From positions 94,116,001-94,180,000 of the forward strand of contig NC_083277.1 in the NCBI RefSeq assembly GCF_963506605.1: 64,000 bases of DNA. The letters are read 5' to 3'. Positions within the stretch are counted from its first letter, which is position 1. The number at the start of each line of letters is the position of its first letter. The notes under the pieces are model-generated. The model was not told where the DNA came from. It made no database searches and saw only the letters and a program-made list of their open reading frames with translations. The position numbers and the translations under genes are program-made. Below, one piece after another: positions 35,401-47,400 of the stretch. Source of the DNA: Zootoca vivipara. Its lineage: Eukaryota.

Positions 35401-38400
35401 CTCAGGTGCTTCCATACATGGTTTAAATGAGAAGAACTGAGATCAAGTTGCTAGTTTCTTTCCAGAACCCCAAAATATAGCATCTTGTGTTTGGGTGTAG
35501 ACAATTCCGGCAACTGGTATTCAGAAACATTGCTGCCTCTGACTGGAGGCAGAGCATAGTCAGCAACAGCTCTTGACTGAAATTCTTAATGTATTGTATA
35601 GGTTTTTACTTAATAGTTTACTTGCTAGCCATAGGAAACCAGGAATTGATGCAGGTAGGTGAAAAGTTGGAGAAGGGACAGATTGTGCTATTCCTCTTCT
35701 GACAGCCCTCTAAAAGGGCCTGAAGAAATGAGTCAGTACTCATCCATACTGTAAAGCTTACCTAGATGGTTTTAAATGCAGCCAAAATTAGCACTGGTGG
35801 GTAAGGTTGGTTTAAAAAGAAAGAAAGATAAAGAATTGGAACAAGAGCAAATTTCTTGATTCTTTTACAGCTTTCTGTCTGACTAAATTTGATGTGTAAG
35901 GAAAGTAACTTAAGTTTCTTCTTCTCAAACAGGTTTGTAAATATTACCTTTGTGGGTTTTGTCCAGCTGAATTATTCACAAATACCCGTTCTGACTTAGG
36001 TAAGTGCCTTTGGTTTTTTCCCTTATATTATAGCAAATGTCAAGGTCAGGGATAGAAGGTGCCGCCAATAAATATTTGAGGCATTAATCTTTTCTTTGTT
36101 TACCTCCTATATGTATGGATGCAGACACACACAAACACTGTCACAAAATCATCTCATTAGGATGTCTGAAAATCTTAGATTTGCATAAGTTCAGAGCCAA
36201 TAAAGTGAATCTTCCAGAAAATTTGAAATTAGTAAATAGAGCAAAAGAAAACTGCAAAGCTGCCTACATTCATTGCAGTTGGGATCTGTTCATTGTTACT
36301 ATTGAGCTTATAAAACAGAAAAATTTCAAAAGAAAAATGAAGCACTGGGGAGGAGGGGAACATTTTCAGTTACTGGAAAACGTTCTGCCTCACATTCCTA
36401 TTCATAGCAGATTATATCTTAAACTTAGAATTTCAATTCAGCAACAATTTGCTTATTTCTAATACAGGCAACCCTCTACTTACACGGGGATTACATTCCA
36501 GGGCCCCCACGTGCATAAGCAAAAATCATGTAAGTGGGGAGCCCCTTCTAAAAAGCCTATAAACACCTGTTTTTTCCTGCTATCCAGTTCCATCCACAAA
36601 ACTCTCTTCAACTAGAGTCGATGCTTGGGGCTGGCTGGAAGATGCACGGAAAAGCAGTAGCAGCTCCTTAAGAGCCCCATTGACTCCAGCTCTCCTGCCA
36701 TGTCCCAGTTTGAATCTACAGTATCTATTTTCTAGTAACACCTCTATACACAGCCATGTGTGAGTCGATTGCTCTTAAGTGGACGGACGCCTGTATATGG
36801 CTTCTGTCAAAGAATCAAAATGCAAACTTCCAGGTTCTTGCAAATACCTTTAGCAATAGTTTCCCAATCTTTCCATCATTTATGGCCTTAAAGGTAAAGG
36901 GATCATTAAGTCCAGTCACGGACGACTCTGGGATTGCAGCGCTCATCTTGCTTTATTGGCCGAGGGAGCTGGTGTTTGTCCGCAGACGGCTTCTGGGTCA
37001 TGTGGCCAGCATGACTAAGCCACTTCTGGCGAACCAGAGCAGCACACGGAAACGGCGTTTACCTTCCTGCTGGAGTAATACCTGTTTATCTACTTGCACT
37101 TTGGAACTGCTAGGTTGGCAGGAGCAGCGACCGAACAACAGGAGCTCACCCTGTCGCAGGGATTTGAACCGCTGACCTTCTGATTGGCAAGCCCTAGGCT
37201 CTGTGGTTTAGACCACAGCGCCACCCACGTCCATAGCTTACTCCATAGCTAACTATATACTGTAAGATTTAGTGCTGTCATGCTCTAGTTCACATTTCAG
37301 ATCCAGCGGCAGTGTTTTAGCCTGTTCCTAAGACTTCCACTAGCATTCTGATTTTTAATGTGGGTCATACCAAAATTGTACCAGGACAATATCACAGATA
37401 TTAATGGGTGTGTATTTTAAAGATGTGCCACCAACAAGGTTTGGAATTGTTGTCGCATTCTAAATTGATAGGTAAGATCTCTTCAGTACATTCTTTTTCT
37501 GGAACTCTTTGCCTCGACAGTCGTGGGCTTCTGTATTTCAGAGGTTCATAACCACTTTTTATTAGCTCAGTAAATGTTGCAGGGGTATGATGTGCTTGTT
37601 CTTGTGCTGTCACTGATTCAATTCAAACTTTGAAAAAAACAAATACAGTATGAAGCCAAGTACACATGAATCTTCATAGAAATATATTGCTTCACCTTAG
37701 GCTTGCAAATCTGTACCCTACCTCACCCCATTTTGTCTCGGAGCAAATGACTCTTGATTTTAAACATTAGCCCTGCTCTAGTGTGCCAGTGGAATATTGA
37801 TCAGGTTACAGTCATTCTGGTACTATGCCAGCATGATGGCAATATGCTAGTAATTCATTTAGAACTCTTAGTACTGTTGTGGAAAGGCACCCGAGTTTTA
37901 ATCTTTACATTAGTTTGGTTAAAAACTGTTGTCCTTTATCCGGGTCTTTGTTGGCATTGTGTTATCAGAAAGTAATTTGAATGTATCACCATTATTGCTT
38001 TTATTTCTAGGTCCTTGTGAGAAAATTCATGATGAAAACCTCAGAAAACAGTGAGTGTGTTTGTAGTTATAATTGATAAGAAGCTAATAAATATAATTAA
38101 GCAATAATGCAAGCATTTAAATGAGGTTTTAAAAAATCCTCAGTTAAAATTTCACAAGGTGGATAGCATATAGTCTTTTGTTGTTAGGTAATATGGAGAT
38201 GGCATTTATCTGAAATTTAATGTAATCATTTCTTTTTTAACATTGTCAGGTATGAGAAGAGTTCTCGATTCATGAAAGTAGGCTATGAAAGAGACTTCCT
38301 TCGGTATTTACAGAGCCTGCTTGCAGAGGTGGAACGCCGAATTCGAAGAGGTCATGCACGTTTAGCATTGTCTCAGACTCAACAGGCTTCAGGTGTAAGT

Positions 38401-41400
38401 ACAAAAGCAGAGGGCACGTTAAACATATATGGTCTTGTGTGATATCCATTTGCAGAACTGTTTGCAGAACATATTGTTCTCTCTCCCTTGAACTTCTATA
38501 ATGTGCCACAAATCTACTCTAGTGTGGGAGCCTGCAGAGGGGAAGGGAAGAGGAGCAGTCTCATTGCACATGTGGATGCTCATTCATGTGATGTTGGATA
38601 CCACCCTTTGTATTTTCTTATAAGTGTTCTTTAAAGTAGGATAGATACACATACTTGACCAGGAGTTAGAGCATGTTTGAATTACTTTATCTTAACTGTG
38701 TTTCTCAATGTATATACAGTTCTCTTACTGCTTTATAAGTTCCTTAAAACTGAAAAAACACAAGAATGGCAGGATACAACATAAGCCACACTTAGATGAA
38801 ACTAATATATGTGCTATTTGAAGCTAACTTCTGAACTCGTCAAAATCGAGTTTCTAAATGTGTACTGTTGCTCTGATGGTTAAGAGATAACTGAGTGGTA
38901 GGTGGAAGCCACAGTGTGGAAGGTGAAAGCTTAGCTTTCAAATTTTCCAGAAAGGGACCCTGCAAGTGCAGAACCCATATTTGGGTCTGCACAGAGACCA
39001 TGTACAACAGAGGTGGAGAACCTCCAGTCCATGGATCAGACTTAGCCTTTCAGGCCTCCCCCTTTCGCCTTGCAGACCATTTGGGGCAAGCCATGTCTAC
39101 CTGCCCTACATCTGATGTCATCCTATTAACTGTGGGGCTTGTCCATAGCTGCCTTGTGCACCTCTCCAAATCTCTGACAACCAGCTGGTTGTCAGGAGCC
39201 TTCAAAGCACTGCACAGTGCTAAGCAGGATCTCTCTCTCTTCACATCAGCTGCTGCAAAGGGGGAGCAATCCTGAGTTCAGACTCAATAGGAATCTCTGG
39301 TGCACCCATTTCCAGCACTAAGTGGGATTCCCCTTACTGCTGTCCCTATCCTTTCAAACTTTTAGGAACAAACTTTAATGGGAGGGAGGGGCTTCAGAGA
39401 GCAGTTTGGCAAACCATTATCTGAAGCAGTTCCATCGCTCTTAACGTTGCTCCAGCAAGGGATTTTGACAGGTAGTCAGGGCCACTCACCTGTCATATTT
39501 GGCCTGTAAGGCCACTCTTGATAAGCATCTGGCCCATGGAGCCCAAAAGGTTCTCCACTTCTGATGTAGATGAACTTATTTTGGAATTTCTTTCTTCTTA
39601 CAACTTATTCTTTGATATGAGTTGTGCTGTGGACATGACAAAGCAGAACAATGTTTTGTTGCACTCATAACTTTTAGGTGTTTGTTGTCACTTTTATTTT
39701 AATATTTAGCAAGCAGCAGGACCTACTGGTAAAAATGAAGAGAAGATTCAAGTATTAACTGACAAGATTGATGTACTTCTACAACAGGTAATTGTCTTGA
39801 ATCATACATACAGAAATGTTTATAAAGTTGGATCAAGACGTATACTAACTTTGTTCTCTCTATTAGATTGAAGAACTAGGTTCTGAAGGAAAGGTGGAAG
39901 AGGCTCAAGGCATGATGAAACTTGTTGAACAGTTAAAAGAGGAAAGAGAGTTGCTCAGATCTACAACTTCGGTAAGTAAGAGTCCTATTTTTCTCTAGGT
40001 CTGGAAGCCCCAATAGAATACAGTCAAATAAACTTGACCTCACAAAAGCCTTATTTTTCCAGCTTGTATTCTTCCAACTTTTTGAATAAATAGATTCTTT
40101 TGATTGCCACCAAAATATTTTCATATTTTATTAGTAATTGAGCTTTAACCATGCATATATGAGATTAATAGCCTGTATAAAGGCAAGTCAATTTATGGGC
40201 CCAAAAAATTGGAGAATTGTTTCTAGTGGTATCGTTCCACTGGTGCAAGGCTCTTTGATCCAGCAGAGGCTTTCAGAAATAGCAGGACAGGGAGGAGGGG
40301 GCAGTTTTCACCTGTTCTTCCTTTAGCACCCCCCTTCAATTGCTCCAGAAGGTAAGAGGGGGATCTTGTCCCCATCCCTGTTCTTGTCCTATTAAGGGAT
40401 AGAGACTATCTTAGAACTTCATTAAGGCTTTGGAATTGAAATTAACCCAGTAGAATTTAACACCATGGAAGATTATGACTTGTTTCTTATCCAATGGCAG
40501 CCTTGGGTTTAGAGGGGTTGTTTAAATGCTATATTGTGTGCAGCTGGACTAATATGCTTGTCAGTTGCTTTGCAGATAGAATTGCATGAAGGTCTATTTT
40601 AAAGGTGCACCTGCACTTGAATTATAATGCAGTTAGACCAATCTTGTGATCTGCTTTGGACATGAAATTTTGTGTATTTTTATAGCAAATGGTTAGCTGC
40701 TTGCACGCCAAGGGGTAGGTTAAGAATTTGAAAAATAAGTTGTATTGTTGCTACGTAATTAAATAAAGTGTTAATGTAACTATCTGTTTTAATAAGTATC
40801 TTCTGTTTCCAGACAATTGAGAGCTTTGCAGCTCAGGAAAAGCAGATGGAAGTTTGTGAAGTCTGCGGAGCATTTTTAATCGTAGGAGATGCGCAATCCA
40901 GGGTAGATGATCACTTGATGGGAAAACAGCATATGGGTTATGCAAAAATTAAAGCTACAGTGGAAGAACTAAAAGTATGTTCAATCTGCATGTTTTTTTA
41001 GATTTGTATGTGCTTGGCATTACTGTCAACATATAGACTGTGTACGTGGCAATGCCACTATAAAAATGATTTTAGAACTGAAATACTCGGAATCTTGTGA
41101 TATCAAGTAGGTGAACTTCTCAGCTTACATTCTTGAATACTACCAACAGAGAAAAGTATTGACTTATTTTTATTTTCATCCATGTTACACAAAGGTTAAA
41201 GTACATACTGGCCTGATTCATGCATATCCCTAAGCCAAACCATGGCTAGGCAGGTACTTGCAGCAAAAATTGCAGTTGCTTCTGGTCTGCTCAGAACTAC
41301 CAGGGCTCATGGTTCATTTTCTTCCAGGCAATCACAAAGCTGGGTTCATGAGTAAACTGATTTAGCACAGAATAATGTGCTTTTTGCTGTGAGTACCTGC

Positions 41401-44400
41401 TTGCTCATGTTTAGTTCTTGTTTGGCTTGGTATTATGTGCAAAGTGGGACAGTGTCAATTATTATTTATGGGGAATGGAAAACCAAAAATTAAGCAATAT
41501 ATCAGAATAGCCACTGGCATAGGAATGAGAAACTAATAAGATAAAAATATTGGATTGATATAGGTGTTTGCAGTTTAGGATCTGTTTACTGAGCTAAGAA
41601 AGACAAAAGTTGGTATTCCACAAGTTTCAGTAAAAAGCATTGACAGTCTTAGAACTGTCCCATACAAAATGTTATATGTTCATGGCACTTCTATGCATAA
41701 TTTAGCTACATATTTTGATAAATGTCTCCAGATTTTAACCAACAATTAACAAGTGGTGTCTGAAATGGTTTTGCTTGGTTAATGGCCTGTTCTGTGGAGT
41801 TTTAAGCACTATACGTACACATAAATGTATACATACAATGCATCCAACTGTAGTTAGCTGAGATTCTAATCTGCCAAATCATGGTACATTTGAGGACAAG
41901 GTGTTCAGTACAATTTTGTTCTTGCATTGAGCAGGGTTCTTCAAAAATATGTTCTTTGTGTGCAGAGATACAGCCTATTGCTTTCATTGGAGGTTTTTAA
42001 GCAGAGGCTGGGTAGCCATCGTGCCATGGATGCTTTCGTTGAGATTCCTGCATTGTAGGGGGTTGGAGTAGATGGCCCTCAGGGTTCCTTTCAACTCTAC
42101 AGTTCTATGATTCTATTTGTATATATGTTATCATTAATGTTACCAGATAATGGAGGTGTTTTAAATTTTATCTGAAATAGACTGTTAAAGCGTGTTTCAT
42201 GGTAGTGAGTATTGCCCTTTCTTAAGAAGCATTAAATCTTCCAGTAGTTTTGGGTTCGAGCCCCACATTGGGCAAAAGGTTCATGTATTGCAGGGGAGTT
42301 GGACTAGATGATCTTCATGGTGCCTTACAGTTCAACAATTCTATGATTCTGATAACCTTTCTGTAATACTTTCCTTTTTAAGGAAAAATTAAGAAAGAGA
42401 ACTGAAGAGCCTGAGCGTGATGATCGGTTAAAAAAAGAGAAACTAGAACGTGAAGAGCGAGAGAAGGAACGTGAAAGGGAAGAAAAGGAAAGAAAGCGAC
42501 GGCGTGAAGAAGAAGAAAAGGAAAAAGAGCGGGCTCGTGATAGAGAGAGACGAAAGAGGAGTCGTTCACGAAGCAGACACTCAAGCAGAACTTCTGACAG
42601 GAGGGGTAGTCGGTCAAGGGACCATAAAAGATCAAGAAGCAAGGACAGAAGACGAAGCAGGTATCAGTCTGGGAAGGGGCTAAGGACATTAGATTTCTTT
42701 GAAGTTAATTGAATAAATTGAGACGGATGGTGAGTCGAGAGAACAAAGGTGTAGACTTCCTGAAAAACTGCTTGAGGTTTTCAGTACTTAAAATTCCTCA
42801 CAAGTATCTGAAAACTTGGCATAAATAGGGTTTAACCAGTTTTGAGCAAACTTTGGCTTACATTTCTCAAGGCAGTTTTACACTAAGCACTTTGCAGCAA
42901 AACTGTGGTTTATATCAAAGTTTGGTTTAAGTGTGAATCTGCCTCCCCCCAATTTTGCCAATCCATATGTGGCTTCTTTTCTGCCCACACAATTCAAACA
43001 AGTCATAATAGGAGGAGTTTGAGCTGCACAGGCAGTTTCAGTTGAACTGTGATTTATCGAGTTACAGTACATGAACCAGCTCTTTGTTGCCAAATGTTTG
43101 CTATGAAACTGTCTTCAGAAGTGGAATCCAAAGTTTCTTAAAACTTTATAAGCCTTATATGTGTCAATTTTTTATGTCAAGTTTACTTGTGATAAATTTA
43201 GGGAAGTGCTTTAACTATTATTGGGGATAGTCAGCTAAATTATTGCATATGCAGAATGACTTCTGCTTGTGCAATGGGACACTCCCCCCCCCCCGGCCCT
43301 GTCCATTACTCACACCATCCCCAAATCTGCTCCAGAGAGTTGAGGGAACCATTGGAACATATCTAGGGACATGTGAGGGGGGAGAATGTCCCATTGTGCC
43401 AGGAGAAATCCTTTCACTGGTGGAACGTTCACATTAGCACCAGGTTGAATTCTACCCATTCTTCTTACATTTTTAGGAGTCGAGATCGACGCAGAAGCAG
43501 AAGCCATGATAGGTCAGACAGAAAACATAGATCACGTAGCAGGGACAAAAGGCGGTCAAAGAGTCGGGATCGGAAATCTTACAAGCACAGAAGCAAAAGC
43601 AGAGAGCGAGACCAAGACAGGAAATCTAAGGAAAAAGGTCAGTTCATATGACTGGTGAAGAATAGTTTTTCTGCAGAGCTGTGCCATGATCTTCTGGTGA
43701 TTGTTGCCCCCATAGATTCCTCCTGAACTATTAAATACAAACTTTTAAATACTTGATGCACCTTTCCTTCTCCCTTCCAATACTGTAGCATATTAGTATT
43801 AGTATATTCAGAACCATGTTTTTGGTGGTGGTTGTAAAACAACCAGGAGTCAGAATTCCTGATCTGTAAATAACCCAAACATTTACCAGTCAAGCTTCAT
43901 CTGCCTTCTGCCCACTTCTGCATTTTGCAGACTCAACAATACTAACAGTAAATTGGTGTGATATTTAGAGTGTTCCTGAAGACATGGTGCATAAAGATGG
44001 CATGTCACTACTGTTCCATGTTCTTACATACAGTTACTTCCCTTTGGTGAACACTTTCTCTTCAGCCTCTGTGGTTTATTATTCACCCTTGTCTGCATTT
44101 CCAACACTTTAGGAATATGAAAGAGCCTAATTAAATCTGTTCTTGGCTTGTTATTTATTTTTCAGGTATTAAGTTAAATATGTATTTTTTAAAATCAGTT
44201 CTAATGAATGTAGTAGTTTTCCTTATTGTGGTGGATACTGCACTGGCTGATTTCTTGCATTAGCATATAATGGTAATCAAGTTCTAGTGCAACATGATCG
44301 ACTTTAGCAAATTTTGGGCTCTCCTCCTGCAAACCTGAGATAAAGAATTCATAAGCTTCTGCTTTTAGTTAACCAGAGTTTGTCATGTTGTTTGAATATG

Positions 44401-47400
44401 AAATTGTGGTAAGGACTAACCTTGCTTGTGACACAGCAGCCACAGTAAGCAAAAGCTTCTGAACTGTTCCTCTTGACCACACAGGAGAGGCGAGCACACA
44501 AGCCTGAAGCTCATTGTGAATCATTCCATTGTTTGTTACTTTGTCCACCCAGAAATAACATAAAACCCCTCTCTCTCAAATTAAGAATCCGTGTTAGCTT
44601 CAATTCCCATTTTTAAATGACATGCACATATATAGCCATGTAATGGGATACTTGCAAAACCTCGAAGGTCAGAGGTACACCTCTTGTCTAAAAGATGTTG
44701 GGGAAATTTCTGGCCTCTGGAACAATTTTCAGTGTAGTCTTCTCTTGAGAATAAGTATGCCTGTTTTCCAAGCCCATTATCAAAGTAACTTGGGAAATGG
44801 CCTGTTATATATGCTCCGCCCTAAATTATTTTATTTGATACGCTGGAATCTCCCTTCTCAGCATGTGGGTCACTTACACTGCAATCATATGCCTGTCTAC
44901 TGGGAAGTAAGCCCCAAAGTTAAACTGAGCTTACTCCCAGGTAGGTGTGTAGGATTGCTGCCTTAGTGGTGAACAATATGAATGTTTAGTGTTCTGCATA
45001 ACGCTTTGTGGTCTCCACATTGAAAGGAAGCCTTTAAAAGCTGTCATCAGCTAGCCAGCCTCTTCAAGCTTCACTGCCTCAATTTTGGATTGTATTTCAT
45101 AAATCCCTGTAAGGTCTCCTTACTAGATAGAGGCTTGGAGTTTTTTTCTGCTTTAGGCATCCTTTATATGTATAGAATGATGGTCATTGAATTAGATATG
45201 ACTGCCAGTTATTCGCCTCTAGAAATATTCATTTTGGTATGTTGGTTGTGTATTTCTTTTTATTAATGCAAAGTTAAACAAATTCCTGCTCAAGGAAGTA
45301 TTACCAAAGTCCCCAGGACTGTGATTAAAAAAAGCAGAGTAATGGGAATGGTACAAATATATGGTTGTGACCCAGTGAGGCAAGCCTGATGCACTCAGCT
45401 GTGTACTATTCTAAAATGTGGCATCAGAATAGGCTGCAGAGTCTATTATGGCATTCATTGGTTCTAGAGAAGACAACAGTGCTTCTTGCATAAATAGTGA
45501 TCTTATTATCTCCAGGGGGTCTGCATTTAAACAATCTTGGACTGCTTCATTCTCTTCTATTCAATGCCTTTTGTCTGGATTTTCAAAGAACTGAGTTTGT
45601 GTATAAACTAATGGTTTTATAGCTTAGTAGAATACTTCACAATTTAATGGTATGCAATGCTAAATAACGTTTATCTATACCAGTAACACGGGAAGGTATC
45701 TGCCCAGAAGTCATAACCAGAATATACAGCTCATTTCCCCTTTCCCAGTCACCCTGTAACACTAAAAAGTGGTGTGACTCAACTACATTGCACACACCAG
45801 CTGAGGGTGTGTTTAAATACTATTCTTGCTATTTTCCCACTTTCTCGCCTACAACTCTTTTGGTGTTGTGATTGTGGTTACTCTTGGAATTTGACTTCCT
45901 CCCATGTCACTTGAGCATTGGTAAAAAAAAAATGTTAGTCATTGTTAAGCAGTTGTATGAATGTCTGTCCTCCCTACATGTTCTATATTCTATTCTGTTG
46001 TACTTATGAAAGCATGTTTTAAGTTTATTCAGTTAATTACACATAGGACCTTTCTGAAGAAAGCCTCAGTGAAGATAGGAGCACAGATATTATCAACTGG
46101 TCTGGTATTGAGGAACTGGAATTTTAAGCAAATCTTGCTCATTGCCTTGCATTAAATTGGAGCTTCATAGTAAGAAAATACCCCAGATCTGAGAGAAACT
46201 GAACAAATACAAAATAAATTTTCAGTTCTATTAACTTGACTGTGAAACACTCCACCCCGATTTCTGACCCTATTCAGTGAAACAGTTAAGTTTCTCTTAC
46301 TTAAGCACAGCTAGTCAGTATTTGAACAGATAGCACTGCAGCATTTGTACTGTATGTGTGCCCATTTTATTTCCCTGTTTATGATCAGAAAAGCAATTTT
46401 CAAGAAATAGGTAGTAGGATTATACTCCTTGCAGATATGCTATGGGGGTCGGTAACAAATCTTTCATCAAACAGAATTATTCCTTGAGCTCTACTTACCA
46501 AATCAAAGATAAACTACTTTAGCGTAGACAAAAAAGTTTTTATCGTATAGCTTCCTATTTTAATTCACAGGCCAATAGGTCAGTAACTGTTTTACAGTTG
46601 CCAAGAAAAGCGCCTCTCTCCCCCATCTGTCCAAACTCAAAGCAATAAAACACCTTCTGGAGAATCTACATATTTTGCCCATTTAAAGGGCTGTTGAGCT
46701 CTATCGTATCTACATAGGACAGAAGATAAGCTTATTGGACTGACAGCTAGTCCTCTGCGGGGCAACAAGACTGGTGTTCCTCAGTGGATCTACATGTGAA
46801 TCGGCGATACCTAATAAAGCAAAAATTGAAGACTTTCAAAAAGGTCAGTTAGTGCAACCGATCCAGGCAATTATTACATCAAACAGACACCTCTTAAGAG
46901 TTCCAAAGTTAACTGGACTTTGGTGACTGGTTTTCTCTCCGCTTCAAATATTGAGTGTTTTCCCTTAGGCAGTGGTTCCTTTGTAGTTCCTCCCCACCTC
47001 CCCTTTTTTGGCTGTTATCTGCATAATAAAGCTGTTCAAATTTTCTTGATGAAAGGAATTGAAACTAACTTCAAAAAAATATTTTGTTTCTACAGTAGGC
47101 CATAAGTATGCCTTTCCAGAAACTTCACCCATACAGCTTTGACAGTATCTTCTGTTTGTTCCCTGTTCTTTATTCTTTGCTCTTGCATTAAATACAGCCA
47201 TTCAAATAATCTAATATACTTTATCTGGATGCTTAAAGAATAATTTTGGTTCATTATGCTGATGAGAGAAATACCCCCAAGTGATTTCAGTGTACAGCAT
47301 ACACGGCTTACACTATATGCATGTTATATATACATAACAGCTTTAATGGGACAAAAACCTGGTAACCATGTCTGATATGAAAACTGCCCACCATAATGAG

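Noticed and set aside
37580-37620. Possible intronic C/D snoRNA (ATGATG...CTGA) in LUC7L3 intron 2
   Set aside because: Imperfect C box, too short, no terminal stem.
42325-42689. Minus-strand ORFs rich in S/L/R/F
   Set aside because: Antisense shadow of the LUC7L3 RE/RS exon.
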